From Stegostoma tigrinum (Eukaryota): 64,000 nt of DNA. Position 1 is the first letter of the stretch. Every line of letters starts with the position of its first letter. Under the pieces are notes generated by a model that did no database searches, was not told where the DNA came from, and saw nothing but the letters and a program-made list of their open reading frames with translations. Shown here piece after piece: positions 24,942 to 38,544 of this stretch. The stretch spans positions 23,376,116 through 23,440,115 of the forward strand of contig NC_081363.1 of assembly GCF_030684315.1 (NCBI RefSeq), in the 5' to 3' direction. The position numbers and the translations under genes were made by a program.

Positions 24942-26010
24942 CCTGTTATTTCCCAGAGTTCTGCATTATTCTGGTTCTGATCTTAAACCATATGTCCAAA
25001 TTTCCCTTAAAATAAGTACTGCCCTCTATCCCAACCACTCTGGTAAAGCATTCTTTGCTCTGGCAGCTCAATGCGTAAACAAACCTTTTTTTAATCAGTG
25101 ACAATTTTTATTTGTGATTCCACAAGATCAGCTGCACAGTCAGAGGAAGTTATCTTTATTGGCTTAAAAAAAACACTTATTAAGTCTCCAAATCTTCTCC
25201 ATTCCAAAGGGAATGCTAGGTCTTTCATAATCCTAATTTGCCATTCTAGATTCTCCTGGTAGAGCAGCATTATATTACTAGTATGGCTTTAAGGGTCGTT
25301 GTATGACATCGTCATTTTTTAAAATTCTGCAATCAATCATCTAATTTGTGAAAAAAGATCATATCCAATTTTTTGTGGATTTACTTTCAAACTTGAGATT
25401 TCAGGAAATTACACATTTGAAACATCAAGGCTCCAGATCCATCCGCACCCTTCAGTATTTTGCCATTACGTATATACTCATATTCCTTGGTTTCTTTCTC
25501 AAGATCTACTAGTTTATATTTTCTATGTTAAATTGTGTCTTGCATGCATTTATTCATCCAACTAGTCTATCTGTCTTCCTGAAAGCTTTTTTATAAGCTT
25601 CAGAACTGTTTAGAAACCCAACTACTCTTGGATTGTCGGTATATTGCAAGAATGAGTGCCTAAATGCAAATCCTAATCATTTATATACACCAAGGCTAAA
25701 ACTGAGCCCTGAAGTAGAGCATTTCAAACTATTGTTCACATCAATATCTTTTGTTTAGTGCACATCAAAATCATTTACTGTTGTTGCTGCTACATTTTCT
25801 TTATACCAGAATTTACCTAATGTATCTCTTCTGAGATGCCGAAAGACTTGCCTTCTGATAATCTGTAAGCACTACATTTCCTACATTCCCATTATTTGCT
25901 CATTTGGTATTTCTTTTCTAAGAGTCCTATCAAGTTATCAAAATAGATTTATCTCTAACAAATCCATGAAGTATGACTTTAATTTATTCATGAACTTCTG
26001 CATTCTCATG
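24942..26010 (-). mobile_element. Very old CR1-like LINE fragment
   Basis: Scattered reverse-complement remnants (GCCTTCTGATAATCT, ATCAAGTTATCAAAATAGATTT...ACAAATCCATG). Confidence 0.5.
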
Positions 26011-26784
26011 AACATTTAATCGGACAATGCCAAAAGGCAAATTTGATGAAGTTATCAAGTTGTTAAAAATAGAGAATTTCATTGGATATTCTATGACCAA
26101 TGTTTAGTTGGAGAGGCAATCAGAATAGAAACAATAAGGTTGGACCATAATTAAACGGCTGACTATCTATTCAATAAGCTGCATTATGATCGAATCAGTT
26201 AAGGCATTAATGAGATAATTCTTCTGGCTAGATTATGTTGCTGGCTAGTTACTATTCCTAACTGGCTAATACTGTCAGTTAATTAAAACTGCTTAGTTGG
26301 CTAATGTTGCGGTGAGTTCATATTTTATTTAAAAATTGGCCATCAGCCTGCTTGCTATTTTTAGAAAAAGTCAAGTCAAAATGGCAATCTAGAGACTTAA
26401 AGTAGTATGGATGCAGAGCTCTAAAGCTTAAAAAGATATCTTGTAATCTAACAAGTCTTGCCTGTGCGCAGTGGTCAGTTAGTTTCACTGTTTTGTGTCT
26501 CCAAATTGCCACCAAAGTAGAGGGAATCTACTTTATGATGTTGTCATTCCTTATTTGGTGTGAATGTCATGCAGTGATTGAAACCTGCTCCAACAGGCCT
26601 ACCTTTCTTAAGAGAACAGTCTTAAAGTGATAACCCCAGCAAAGAAGCAGCAACAAGAAAAATACATTGAAACAGCAACAGAATAGGAGAATACAAGTAA
26701 AGAAAAACAAAACCAGTAAAAAGAATAAACAAACATTTCAATATACACCACTTAGAAAAAATAATAAAGACCTTTATTGCATGT

Positions 26785-28492
26785 TATTTCGTGTCAGTCT
26801 TCACAGCGGAAGACATGAATAACATGCTGAAAACTAACAGCAAGAAGGTTACAGCAGATGAGGACCTAGAAACTATTATTATCACTAAGGAGACAGTGCT
26901 GGGCAAGTTAATGGGGCTGAAGGTAGACAAGTCTCCTGGCCCTGATGAGATACATCCCAGGGTACTAAAAGAGGTGATGGCGGAAGTAGCAAATGCACTA
27001 GTAATTTTTTACCAAAATTCACTGGACTCTGGGGTGGGTCCCACAGATTGGAAAACAGCCAATGTGACACCACTGTTTAATAAAAGTAGAAAAAAACAAG
27101 TAACTATAGTCCAGTTAGCTTAACTTTGGTAGTGGGGAAAATGCTTGAATCTATCAGTAAGGAGGAAATTGCAAGACATCTGGATATAAATTGTCCCACT
27201 GGGAACACCCAGCATGGGTTCATGAAGGATAGGTCATGTTTAACTAATTTAGTGGAATTCTTTGTGGAAATTACTTGCATGGTGGACAATGGGAACCTGT
27301 GGACGTGGATTTCCAGAAGGCATTTGACAAGGTGCCACGCCAAAGGCTGCTACATAAAATAAAGTTCCATGGTATTACAGGCAATGCATTGGAACGGATA
27401 GAGGATTGGTTGACCAGTAGAAAGCAAAGTGTAGGGGTAAATGGGTGTTTTTCTGGTTGGCAGTCAGTGGCTAGTGGTGTGCCTCAGGGATCAGTGTTAG
27501 AGTTTCAATTGTTTACAATTTACATGGATGATTTGGAGTTGGGGTCTAAATGTGGTGTGTCAAAATTTGCAGATGACACTAAGGTGAGTGGTAGAGCAAA
27601 GTGTGTAGAAGACACTGAAAGTCTGCAGAGGGATATCGATAGTCTAAGTGAGTGGGTGAAGATCTGGCAGATGGAGTACAATGTTGATAAGTGTGATGTC
27701 ATCCAATTTAGTAAGAATAACAGCAAAATGGACTATATTTTAAATGGCTAAAAATTGCAGCTCTCTGCTATGCAGAGGGACTTGGGTGTCCTTGTGCATG
27801 AATTGCTGAAGGTAGGATTGCAGAGGCAGTAGATAATTCAAAAGGCAACTGTAATTTTGCCTGCCATTGCTAGAGGGATGGAGTTTAAAGACAGGGAGGC
27901 TAAGCTGCAGCTGTATAGGGTCCTGGTGAGGCCACACCTGGAGTACTGTGTGCAGTTTTGGTCTCCTTACTTGAGAAGAGATATATTAGTACTGGAGGGT
28001 GTGCGGAGGAGATTCACTCGGTTGATTCCAGAGCTGAGAGGGTTGGATTATGAGGAGAGACTGACCATACTGGGATTATAGTCATTGGAATTCAGAAGAA
28101 TGAGGGGAGATCTTATAGAAACATATAAGATTATGAAGGAAATAGATAAAGTGGAGGCAGGGAAGTTGTTTCCTCGCGCATGTGAAACTAGGACTAGAGG
28201 GCATAGCCTCAAAATAAAGGGAAGCAGATGTAGGACTGAGGTCAGGGGAGACTTCTCCCCCAAAGGGTTGTGAATCTGTGGAATTCCCTGCTCAGTGAAG
28301 CGGTTGAAGCTACCTCACTGAATGTTTTTAAGGCAAGGCTAGATAAATTTTTGAACAGTAAAGGAATTAAGGGTTATTCTGAGTGGGCAGATAAGTGGAG
28401 CTGAGTCTCAAAAAGATCAACCATGATGTTATTAAATGGCGGGGCAGGCTCCAGGGTCCAGATGGCCTATTCCTGCTCCTAGTTCTTATAAT
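26785..28492 (+). mobile_element. CR1 LINE, whole RT region to 3' end, frameshifted
   Basis: KSPGPDEIHPRVLKE, DWKTANVTPLF, QHGFMKDRSCLTNL, DFQKAFDKVP, GVPQGSVL, SKFADDTK, LYRVLVRPHLEYCVQFWSP; tail CCTGCTCCTAGTTCTTAT. Confidence 0.95.
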
Positions 28493-29002
28493 TTAACAAT
28501 AAAAAATGTAATGTATAATAGTGAAGTCAGATTAGGCAGTCAATTTTACATTTATTGAAGCACTGCTATTCAAACAATGTATGCAGCTTTGTTTTGCTGA
28601 TCAAGTGAAATATGGTCTGAGAGGAGTTTTCTGAAAATCTTCTTGCTGACACCAAAGCGAGGCCCCATAGAATTAATTCAGCCAGTCGTTCATTAGAAGA
28701 TCAGAAAGACCCAGGAATTAAATGGAGAATTCTGAAAAACCAGCTTCGGGTGAGAATTCAGGTTACCTTCAGGATTAACAGAGTCCAATTCATGTCAATC
28801 AAATACCTAGAGTCTATTGATGACTTTGCACAAGATGCTGCAGTAACAGGCATGGGTGTGATTTTTCTGCCTCTACACTGATTAAAGCCTTCAGAAAGAA
28901 ACTTCCAGGCAAAGAAAAGGGTCGTGTCATTGATGTATTGCTTAGGGATGGGAACAAACAATGATGCCACGAGTCATCAACAAACAACCGCATGCCTTAG
29001 GC

Positions 29003-29120
29003 AGATATAATAGGAATTGTCGATGCTGGAGTCGGAGATAACACAATGTGGAGCTGGAGGAGCACAGCAGGTCAGGCAGCATCAGAGGAGCAGTAAGTTT
29101 ATGTTTCGGGTCAGGTCCTG
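29003..29120 (-). mobile_element. Single-arm family-C Penelope-like element
   Basis: GATGCTGGAGTCGGAGATAACACAATGTGGAGCTGGAGGAGCACAGCAGG...TTTCGGGTCAGG; stops within the helix II region. Confidence 0.8.
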
Positions 29121-29268
29121 ATAATATAGTTGGCTGGTGTTCCTGCACATGGCTCTGGAATTTCCTTACAAAATTAATTTAGATAAAAATGTCAGTCCCC
29201 TTTACATTTGAAATGTGCTTGGCCACATTACCAATTGATAGCAAATATTTCAAAAATGTCAGGTTATC

Positions 29269-31620
29269 ATAGAACATAGAACATAGAACATAGAACATAG
29301 AACATAGAACAGTACAGCACAGAACAGGCCCTCAGCCCACAATGTTGTGCCGACCATTGATCCTCATGTATGCACCCTCAAATTTCTGTGACCATATGCA
29401 TGTCCAGCAGTCTCTTAAATGACCCCAATGACCTTGCTTCCACAACTGCTGCTGGAAATGCATTCCATGCTCTCACAACTCTCTGTGAGAAGAACCCGCC
29501 TCTGACATCCCCTCTATACTTTCCTCCAACCAGCTTAAAACTATGACCCCTCGTGCTAGCCATTTCTGCCCTGGGAAATAGTCTCTGGCTATCAACTCTA
29601 TCTATGCCTCTCATTATATTGTATACCTCAATTAGGTCCCCTCTCCTCCTCCTTTTTTCCAATGAAAAGAGACCGAGCTCAGTCAACCTCTCTTCATAAG
29701 ATAAGCCCTCCAGTCCAGGCAGCATCCTGGTAAACCTCCTCTGAACCCTCTCCAAAGCATCCACACCTTTCCTATAATGGGGCGACCAGAACTGGACGCA
29801 GTACACCAAGTGCGGTCTAACCAAAGTTTTATAGAGCTGCAACAAGATCTCACAACTCTTAAACTCAATCCCCCTGTTAATGAAAGCCAAAACACCATAT
29901 GCTTTCTTAACAACCCTGTCCACTTGGGTGGCTATTTTGAGGGATCTATGTATCTGCACACCAAGATCCCTCTGTTCCTCCACCTGCCAAGAATCCTATC
30001 CTTAATCCTGTACTCAGCTTTCAAATTCGACCTTCCAAAATGCATCACCTCGCCTTTATCCAGGTTGAACTCCATCTGCCACCTCTCAGCCCATCTCTGC
30101 ATCCTGTCAATGTCCCACTGCAGCCTACAACAGCCCTCTCTACAGTCAACGACACCTCCGACCTTTGTGTCGTCTGCAAACTTGCTGACCCATCCTTCAA
30201 TCCCCTCATCCAAGTCATTAATAAAAATTACAAACAGTAGAGGCCCAAGGACAGAGTCCTGTGGAACCCCACTCACAACTGACTTCCAGGCAGAATATTT
30301 TCCTTCTACTACCACTCGCTGTCTTCTGTTGGCCAGCCAATTCTGTATCCAGGCAGCTAAGTTCCCCTGTATCCCATTCCTCCTGACCTTCTGAATGAGC
30401 CTACCATGGGGAACCTTATCAAATGCCTTACTGAAGTCCATATACACCACATCCACAGCTCGACCCTCATCAACTTTTCTAGTCACATCCTCAAAAAACT
30501 CGATAAGGTTTGTGAGGCATGACCTACCCCTCACAAAGCCATGTTGACTGTATTTGATCAAGCCATGCTCTTCCAGATGGTCATAAATCCTATCCCTCAG
30601 AATCCTTTCTAACACCTTGCAGACGACAGACGTGAGACTTACTGGTCTGTAATTGCTGGGGATTTCACTATTTCCTTTCTTGAAGTGAGGAATTACATTT
30701 GCCTCTCTCCAGTCCTCAGGTACGACTCCAGTGGAGAGCGAGGATGCAAAGATCTTTGCAAGTGGCGAAGCAATTGCTTTTCTCGCTTCCCAAAGCAGCT
30801 GAGGACAAATCTGGTCCGGGCCTGGCAACTTGTCAATCTTAACGTTTGACAAAATTTTCAGCACATCAGCTTCCTCTATCTCTATCCATTCCAGCATGCA
30901 CAACTGCTCTTCAAAGGTTTCATTCACTACAAAGTTCATTTCTTTCGTAAAGACAGAAGCAAAAACTCATTTAGGGCTTCCCCTACCTCCTCAGACTCCA
31001 CACACAAGTTCCCTATGCTATCCCTGATCGGCCCTACTCTTTCTTTGACCATTCTCTTATTCAAAAATGCCTTTGTGTTCTCCCTGATTCGTTCTGCCAA
31101 GCCTTTCTCGTGCCCCCTCCTGGCTCTCCTCAGACCATTTTTGAGCTCCTTCCTTGCCTGCGTGTAATCCTCTCTAGCTAAATTTGACCCAAGCTTCCTC
31201 CACCTTATGTAAGCTACCTTCTTCCTTTTCACAAGAAGCTCCACCGCTCTTGTCATCCAAGGTTCCTTTATCTTACCCCTTCTTGCCTGTCTCAGGGAGA
31301 CAAATTTACTCATCACTCGCAACAACTGTTCTTAAACAGTCTCCACATGTCTATAGTTCCCTTACCATGGAACAATTGCTCCCAGTCCATGCTTCCTAAC
31401 TCATGTCTAATCGCGTCATAGTTTCCTCTTCCCCAATTAAATATCCTCCCATTTTCCCTAATCCTCTCCTTCTCCATAGCTATGTAGAATGTGAGGCAGT
31501 TATGGTCACTATCACCAAAATGCTCTCCCACCACAAGATCTGATACCTGCCCCGGCTCGTTTCCGAGCACCAAGTCTAGAATGGCCTCTCCCCTCGTCGG
31601 CCTGTCAACGTACTGCGTCA
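29269..31620 (-). mobile_element. Young 2.35-kb CR1 LINE: end of APE endonuclease, full RT and 3' UTR, (GTTCTAT)n tail
   Basis: ORFs 31313-31660 (TQYVDRPTRGEAILDLVL...GDSDH), 30936-31325, 29932-30939 (DFSKAFDKVPH, GVPQDSVLGP, KFADDTK) and 29378-29983, joined by frameshifts; ATAGAAC repeats at 29269-29310. Confidence 0.97.
29932..30939 (-). pseudogene. CR1 ORF2 reverse-transcriptase core (335-aa open segment)
   Basis: RT motifs NYRPVSLTS, QHGF, DFSKAFD, GVPQDSVLGP, FADD; frameshifted at both ends. Confidence 0.92.
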
Positions 31621-31879
31621 TGTGAAAATGGTCCAATAAGAAAATATAATGTACATACATTACTGAGGAGGTAAATACGTAATGAATAACACATTAAACT
31701 TTGATCGTCTAATATGGAATCTGTATAAGTATTCGGAGTCGGTTAAAGAACGGTTCCATCTTCAAACTGTTTTAAAATAACCTACAGGTTTTTAATGTTT
31801 GTGCACTGCTTCTTGAATGCATTCACCCTTGATCTTTTCCTAGCCATTGTCTTAAATCCACACCATAGTCTCTGTTTTC

Positions 31880-32560
31880 TGGTCTCTGCATTCTTTCGCC
31901 TGCCAACTGCCTGATATGAATGAGACTGTTCAAAATCTAATGCCATATTTGAGCCAGAGATAAGCTTTTAATGACAATTCCATGCCACCACTAAGACTGT
32001 ACCTCCATGAATTCCCCCACTGTTCCCTTCTGCAGGTAGTCTGCAGCTGAAAACATCAATTCTTTAACCCGCCTCTAGTCTTGATTATTTCAAGATTTTC
32101 TGCATCCATTTTCCTTCCCTAAACTTGAAATCATATAAATTTCTGTTGCTTGTACTTTGATTTGCACCAAATCTCCTCATCTCCCTTTACTGTACTTGAT
32201 CTTTTGCATCAGTTCCCGATTAAGCCACACTCAATTTGAAAATTCTGATCCTTTTCTTTACATTGGGTGGGACAGGGTGGTGATACTCATAAAATTCTTG
32301 GTAGGCAATATCTTGAGGTTCTTCACTGCTCTCCTCTAATTCTGGTCTTTTGAACAGTCTCAAGTCTAAACAGTCAGTAACTGAGCCTTTAGCTGCCTTA
32401 TTTTCTCTTTCTCATAGATTTTTCTTGAAACCGGTTTCTTTGGCCATCTGCAGCAATAATTTCTCATGGGATTTGTGTTAAAATCTGAGTTATAGTATTC
32501 CTTTGAAGCACTTATAATGTGTTAACACTTTACAGTTTCTGTATATATACATAATGTTGG
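31880..32560 (+). mobile_element. Decayed L2-like LINE 3' region
   Basis: CCATGCCACCACTAAGACTG..., CTGCAGCTGAAAC, TGAAAATTCT, GCCTTTAGCTGCCT; similar to 16985-17461. Confidence 0.55.
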
Positions 32561-33177
32561 TATTATTGTAGTAGGGAGAGTACTTCAGTGATTTAAATGA
32601 ATTAACTAAGTTCAGATGGTGGATTCACTGCTTTCACGTGCTCCTCTATAGATATCGGGAATCTTCTGTTTTGTGATATAGCCTCCTGCACAAGACAAAT
32701 TACTGGCTCATTATTATTATCTCTCCCTGTGCTAATAAGTTCAGCAACCAACTCCCAATTAATCGATGAAAAATGGTGAAGCTTTCATTGAAAAGCAAGA
32801 ACCATGTATACATTTATATGTCTATTGGAACAGTTATATTACAGAGTCATATAGAGTTATACAGCATGGAAACGGACTGCTCGGCCCAACCAAGCCACAC
32901 CGATCTTGCTCTGAAACCAAACCAGTCCACCTGCCTGCATTTGGATCATAACCCTCCAAACCTTTCCTAATGATGTGCTTATCCAAATGTCTTTTAAACA
33001 GTGTAACTGTATTTGCATCCATCACTTCCTCTGGCAGTTGATTCTACAAGCAACCACTCTCTGTGTAAAAACATTACCCCTCATGTCCTTTTTAAATCTT
33101 CCTCCCCTCACATCAAAAATACACCCTGAGTTTTGTACTCCCCCACTTTGGGGAAAAGACATTTGCTATTCACCTTC

Positions 33178-33760
33178 AAGCAAAGAACAAAGAAAATTAT
33201 AGCACGGAACAGACCCTTCTGTCCTCCAACCCTGTGCCGATCCAGATCCTCCATCTAAACCTGTCGCCTATTTTCTACGAATCTGTATCCCTCTGCTCCC
33301 TGCCCATTCATGTACCTGTCAGCCTCTACAAATCCGCTGGCAACACATTCCAGGCACCCACCACCCTCTGCGTAAAGGGCTTTCCACGCATATCTCCCTT
33401 AAACTCTTACCCTCTCACCTTGAAATCGTGAACCCTAGTAAATGAATCCCTCACTCTGGGATAAAGCTTCTTGCTATCAACCCTGTCTCTACCTCTCATG
33501 ATTTTGTAGACCTCCATCAGGTCTCCCCTCAACCTCTGTTTTGCTAATGTAAATAATCTTAATCTACTCAACCTCTCTTCATAGCTAGCACCCTCCATAC
33601 CATGCAAGATCCTGGTGAACATCCTCTGCATTCTCTCCAAAGCATCCACATCTTTTTGGTAATGTGGCAACCAGAATTGTACACAGTATTCCAAACGTGG
33701 TCGAACCAAAGTCCTATGCAACTGTAACATGACCTGCCAACTCTTGTACTCAATACCCCC
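33178..33760 (-). mobile_element. Nested CR1 of the (GTTCTTT)n subfamily (same as 10330-11325)
   Basis: ORF 33407-33730 ...MEGASYEERLSRL...RVDSKKLYPRV closely matches the 10341 ORF; tail AAAGAACAAAGAAA. Confidence 0.9.
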
Positions 33761-34108
33761 TTAGCTATGCCCCTTATGATTTTATAAACCTCCATAAGGT
33801 GCCACTCAACTTCGTACACTCCAGCGAAAAATAGCCCAGTCTTCTTTTATAACTCAAACCCTCCATTCCTGACAACATTCTGGTAAATCTTTGTGAACTG
33901 TCTTCCGTTTAATAATATGCTTCCTATAACAGGGTAACTGGAACAGCACGGAGTACTCCAGAAGAGATCTCATCAAAGTCCGATATACCTCAACATGGCA
34001 TTCCAACTCCTATACTCAAAGGTCTGAGCAATGAAGGCAAGTATGCTAAATGCCTTCTTAACCACCCTTTCTACCTGTGAAACAACTTTCAAAGAATTAT
34101 ATACCTAA

Positions 34109-34131
34109 CCCCCCCCCCCCCCCACCCCCCC
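34109..34131 (+). repeat. Poly-C tract inside a CR1
   Basis: C15-A-C7. Confidence 0.85.
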
Positions 34132-35589
34132 AGTATCTCCCTTTTACAATGCTACCCTGGCTACTGTAATTAACTGAACAAGTCCTGCTCTTGTTCATTT
34201 TGCCAAAATGCAATACCTCATATTTATACAAATTAAACCCCATCTGCCTATTGACCCATAGATCTTTGTAATCTTTGAAAACCCTCTTCAACATCCATTA
34301 TATCACCAATTTTTGGTATCATCTCCAAACTTACTAGCCATGCTTCTTTTGTTCTCATCCAAATTATTTATATAAACGAGAAACAAAAGTGGACTCAGTA
34401 CCAATCCCTGTGGAACATTTTGGTCTCAGGCCTCCAAGCCGAAAAACAACCCTCTACTATCTTCCATTACTTTATTCAAGTCATAAAACCTCTCACCCAT
34501 CTGCTCTTAAGTGCTTACAGTTGTTGATTCTGTGATGATCGTTTCAAAAGTTAAAGAGTTGGAAACCCTTGTGGTGTAGCTACAGTACATTTCCATTTCC
34601 ACAAAGCAGCTTTACAGTTTTGTTTTATTTCAAGTTTCCAACATCAGTATTTTTCATTCCATTGCAGGCTCCATTTGTCATGCTCCCACAGTTATTTAGA
34701 GCATTTGATTGGAAATTTATTGCATGAGAAGTGTGGCTTTCTTTCATTATCATTAGTGCTCCGACTGCACAAGGTTTTAGAAACAAAATCAACTGCACCC
34801 ATCATAATTTTCTGTTAAATTCAGTGTTATGGGTAATTAGCCCTGGTTATGTAAAAAGAGTCAAAAACAGCAAAGTCTAAAGCAATTACTGCTTAATTTC
34901 CTGACTTTCTGCAACTATTACCAGGAACTGACATTTTACAGAGTGTTACTTTCATGACTATTCTTTGGTTTCAGCTGTGATTTATTTTTTGTTATCTGAT
35001 CAGGTTCTTAGTTTAAAAAAAAGAGAGACCCTATGACTAAGAGGCACAATCTAAAAATTAGAACCAGACCTTTCTGGAGCATAATTAGAAAACACTTCTC
35101 AATTCTTAAGAGTGGTAAAATCCAGAACTTCATTCTGCAAAACTTTTAATTGTCCATTTTAAATCTGAGATTGATCATTAAATGTCCATTAAAGATATTA
35201 AGGGAATGGGGTATGTCAAGGTATGTGAAGTTTATTTTTAAATTTAACTGTGGGACATGGGATGAGGGAATCACTGGCTGGTCAGTGCACAAACAATATT
35301 CCTTCTCAACTGTGTGGGTGCTTGATCATGTTTCTCAGATCTCTCTGTAGTATAATGAGAAAGCATATGTTAATGGCAAGATATATAAGATGTTTAAAAA
35401 TTGACATCAGCTGCATGAGACTCTGATGCGAGTATAATATGAGATTCATGCAAAATATGATGACTGAATACTCACATGACTCTCCTGCCTTCTCTCTTAC
35501 GTTCATCAATCTAGAGTGTGTATATGAACAACGAGGCCTGAGAGCTTATACTAGAGAGCTGTACTTGAGTATTACTGTAAAGGGGTAAA

Positions 35590-36100
35590 TTTTCTTGAAA
35601 CTTTTCATTTTGCTGTCATTGGAACAATTCACAAAAAATGCTCAGGTAATGGAAAAACAACATTTATACTGTATGAGAGGGCAGTACTGATTGGTTCACA
35701 AGTGGACTCTGATTAGTAACGGTTACGCCTTGGAAAATGCATCAGTTATTGTTGACTGACAGTTAACAAATAAGAATGTGCAAAAAATTAAAAGACATGT
35801 TCTTCATAGACAGTAAGAACAGGTACAAATACAGTACTTGTTTCAACTCAACTAAAGAATCGTCAGTCATTCTCTGGTTCATGTCTCAGACCAATGTCTT
35901 GATCAATTAAAGCAAAGATGCCTGGTTCAAAATTTAAACAAAACTTGGTGGTTAACTGTTGGTCGGTTATACTGTTACATTCCCCATAGCAATGCCAAGC
36001 AATTAGTATTATCTTTTCACGGAGTATAATTTTTTTTTAGCTTCAGTTTTCTTGGCACTTGTCCTGATGATAACAGGATGGAATTTTTTTTTTCAAAAAA
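35590..36100. mobile_element. Old imperfect inverted repeat, putative further Penelope-like family with hammerhead remnants at the outer ends
   Basis: Left arm (TTTATACTGTATGA...TACTGATTGG...GACAGTTAAC) matches the reverse complement of the right arm (GTTAACTGTTGG...CAATTAGTA...GAGTATAA); TGTCCTGATGA at 36060-36070. Confidence 0.5.
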
Positions 36101-37154
36101 AATCAAGTTTTGTACTGCCAAATGATTATCGTGGAGCCATATTTGATAACCTACACTGTTCACATTAAGAAGTATTTTGTAAAGTATGAAGGAATTGTCA
36201 AGCTTTATAAGAGCTATAGAACAAGTGTCATCTGTGTTAACATTTGTGTAGACACCCACAATATGAGAATTTATTTCTAGTCTACTAGTCTACTCCAGAC
36301 TAGTGTTTCAATTTACAAAGAGAATTAATGGCCTGAAGCACAAATAAAACTGAGAGGATGGAATAACTGTACCAATGAACTGTACCAGCGAGATTGGTAT
36401 TGTGTGTAATAATATTTAAAGGAATTCATTGGAGCTCTAGAAAGTCAGACAGTAATAAATCTTAAGGAAGGTAAACACAACGCTATGGCACAGACCAAAA
36501 AATCACTCACTCAGAAGGACAGAACCAATTCCAAACACCCAAACCTTGTAGTTGGCTAACCCATGAGGACTGATCGGCCCAGGGTTCTGCCAGTACGAAT
36601 GACCAACCCACTTTCCTTCAAAGGATCCTTTGAAAAAAAAATTGACATTGTAACAAAGGGGCCATAAGCAGTAAAAATGAAACTAAAGAGAACACTGGTT
36701 GCAGATCAGCCTTGATCTCGTTGAATTATGGAGCAGATTCAAGTACCTCACAGTCCGATGCTTGTTACCAAGTTCAGTCAGCATATAAACTTTCAAGGAG
36801 AATTAGGTTTTGTTTTTGCAAAGAGGAATTCACACTTTATATTACGCATCATTTGTATCAGCTAAGGATATTCACCTGCCATTATATAATTGAAAAGGAG
36901 TTTTCATCGTAGTTAATTGGAATGCAGAAATTCTGCAACTGCTGCATTAAAATCAGCCAATTACCAAATGATGGCAAATATTTCATTCCTGATGAAAAAC
37001 TTATCTCAGGAGCCATGAATCATATGATGTTCCAAAGATAGTGGTATAAAATGTAAACAAAAGGGTTCTATCACTCAGACAACCACTACAAGGATGAGAA
37101 TCAGAGGATTACACTTGCACATCCACTCCTCTGATAGCTGAGCATATTTAAGTC

Positions 37155-37250
37155 CATGAGACAATAAGATGGAGGAGCAGAAGTCCACCATTCACAAAGA
37201 CCATGGCTGATCCAATAATCCTCAAACCCATTTCCCTGCCTTTTCCCCAT
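37155..37250 (-). mobile_element. CR1 3' UTR fragment, followed by a roughly 30-bp Penelope-like fragment (37258-37285)
   Basis: CCATGAGACAATAAGATGGAGGAGCAGAAG...CCATGGCTGATC; then TCATCCAGGTCCACACTTTGTTATCTC. Confidence 0.7.
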
Positions 37251-38090
37251 GACCAGGTCATCCAGGTCCACACTTTGTTATCTCTTATTACAGTTAGGCT
37301 GTATGGCCGAACCATTTAGCACTGACACAAAACCAGAAAGCTTGGCATGGTTGTGAGCAGTCTTCAGCCAAGTAAATTATAGGCAGTCTCGAGTACTAAT
37401 CCAGGGGCTTAGACATGGTCAGTCAACCACTTGGGAAAGTTTGAGTCAGGATTCGCTCCTCATAAGGGGTGAGGAGTCAAACCTCAGGCTGCCCTCCTAC
37501 CCATTTTGACCCTCTGTGCCCAACTGTGGTCTCTTTTCATTCTGGAATGACAGGCAAACATTAAGAGTGATGAAGTGGGCGGCACAGCTGGTCCTTTTGC
37601 TAAAGGTTGGGAGGTATCCCAAGTGAGTGAATAGGCAGTTAGATGGCATGCAGGGTTGGTGGTGTTGGGGATTGGCTTAGTAAATTAGAAATCTCATTCT
37701 TTTACTGTTATTGTTAAAGTTAAAAGTGTTGCAATAAAGAGATTTTTTTCAAAACTTGTTACTGAACAACCTGGGGTGGTTTGCTTTCAACCTGGGTAGG
37801 AAGTAGCCAGAGATAAATTGGGATTTGTGCTAATTTGATTAAATGTTAACATTTGTCGTTACCCTGGGAAGAGTGCAGCTTTGATTTTCAGTGCGCTACA
37901 TTGGTGAGCTGTGCCACCTGTATCTTAAAACGATGTCCCTGCCTTGGGCTTATAACCCTTCAGAATAGTATCGGGCATCAATCCATCTAAGTTGTGAAAA
38001 TTTCCAAGAATGTTGGTAAATTAACATTCTATACTGCTCTCAGATGCTTGACCTTAACGGACTGAGAATGGAACAAATAGCTCTGAAATA

Positions 38091-38278
38091 GCTCTGCCGT
38101 GGAGTTAGCATCATCAGGGGCATTTAAGTGGCTGTTAGGTAGGCATATGGATGATAGTTTAAAGTAGGGGTGGATGTTAGACAGACCTTAGAATTAGGGT
38201 AAAATTTTGGCAGAACATCGTGGGCCGAAGGGCCTGTACTGTGCTGTACTGTTCTATGCTTTATGTTCTATGTTCTAT
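38091..38278 (+). mobile_element. Short CR1 3' end with (GTTCTAT)n tail
   Basis: GGGCCGAAGGGCCTGTACTGTGCTGTACTGTTCTATG...TGTTCTATG; TGAAATA on both sides. Confidence 0.85.
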
Positions 38279-38451
38279 GAAATACAAAGTCTACTGTGTA
38301 ATGCCCTCAGCTTGATTCTAACAGGAAGCACATTTTTTCCTACCTTTGCAATCCAGTTTACTCCACACATGTTCTGCATTCGTCTATGTAGTTAATAAGT
38401 CCTGGTACAGTCAGCCTTTGGTAGAGGACTCTTGTGCCAAATGAAATATTA

Positions 38452-38540
38452 GGCCAGAGGTCACACGACCCCAGGTAATAGACCAACAAGTTTATTTGAA
38501 ATCACAAGCTTTCAGAGCATTGCTCATTGTCGGGTGAAGT
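38452..38540 (-). mobile_element. Penelope-like terminus (family D) with decayed hammerhead
   Basis: Minus strand CCGACAAT-GAGC-AAT-GCTC-T-GAAAGCTT: helix II retained, palindromic AAGCTT in helix III position. Confidence 0.55.
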
Positions 38541-38544
38541 GCCA

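Larger units (their letters stand above)
32841..34460 (-). mobile_element. CR1 LINE with a second CR1 nested at about 33178-33760
   Basis: Reverse-complement tail AGAGTCATATAGAG at 32843; host sequence ...CTATTCACCTT resumes at CTTAGCTATGCCCCTTATGATTTTATAAACCTCC (about 33760). Confidence 0.85.

Noticed and set aside
28621-28749. Open frame EEFSENLLADTKARP...KNQLR|GTGAGA
   Set aside because: No credible acceptor upstream and no recognisable homology
29777-30394. 205-aa plus-strand ORF, and similar antisense ORFs at 53227-53682, 53250-53612 and 10587-10808
   Set aside because: Antisense shadow frames of CR1 ORF2 that recur in each young copy; no independent gene signals
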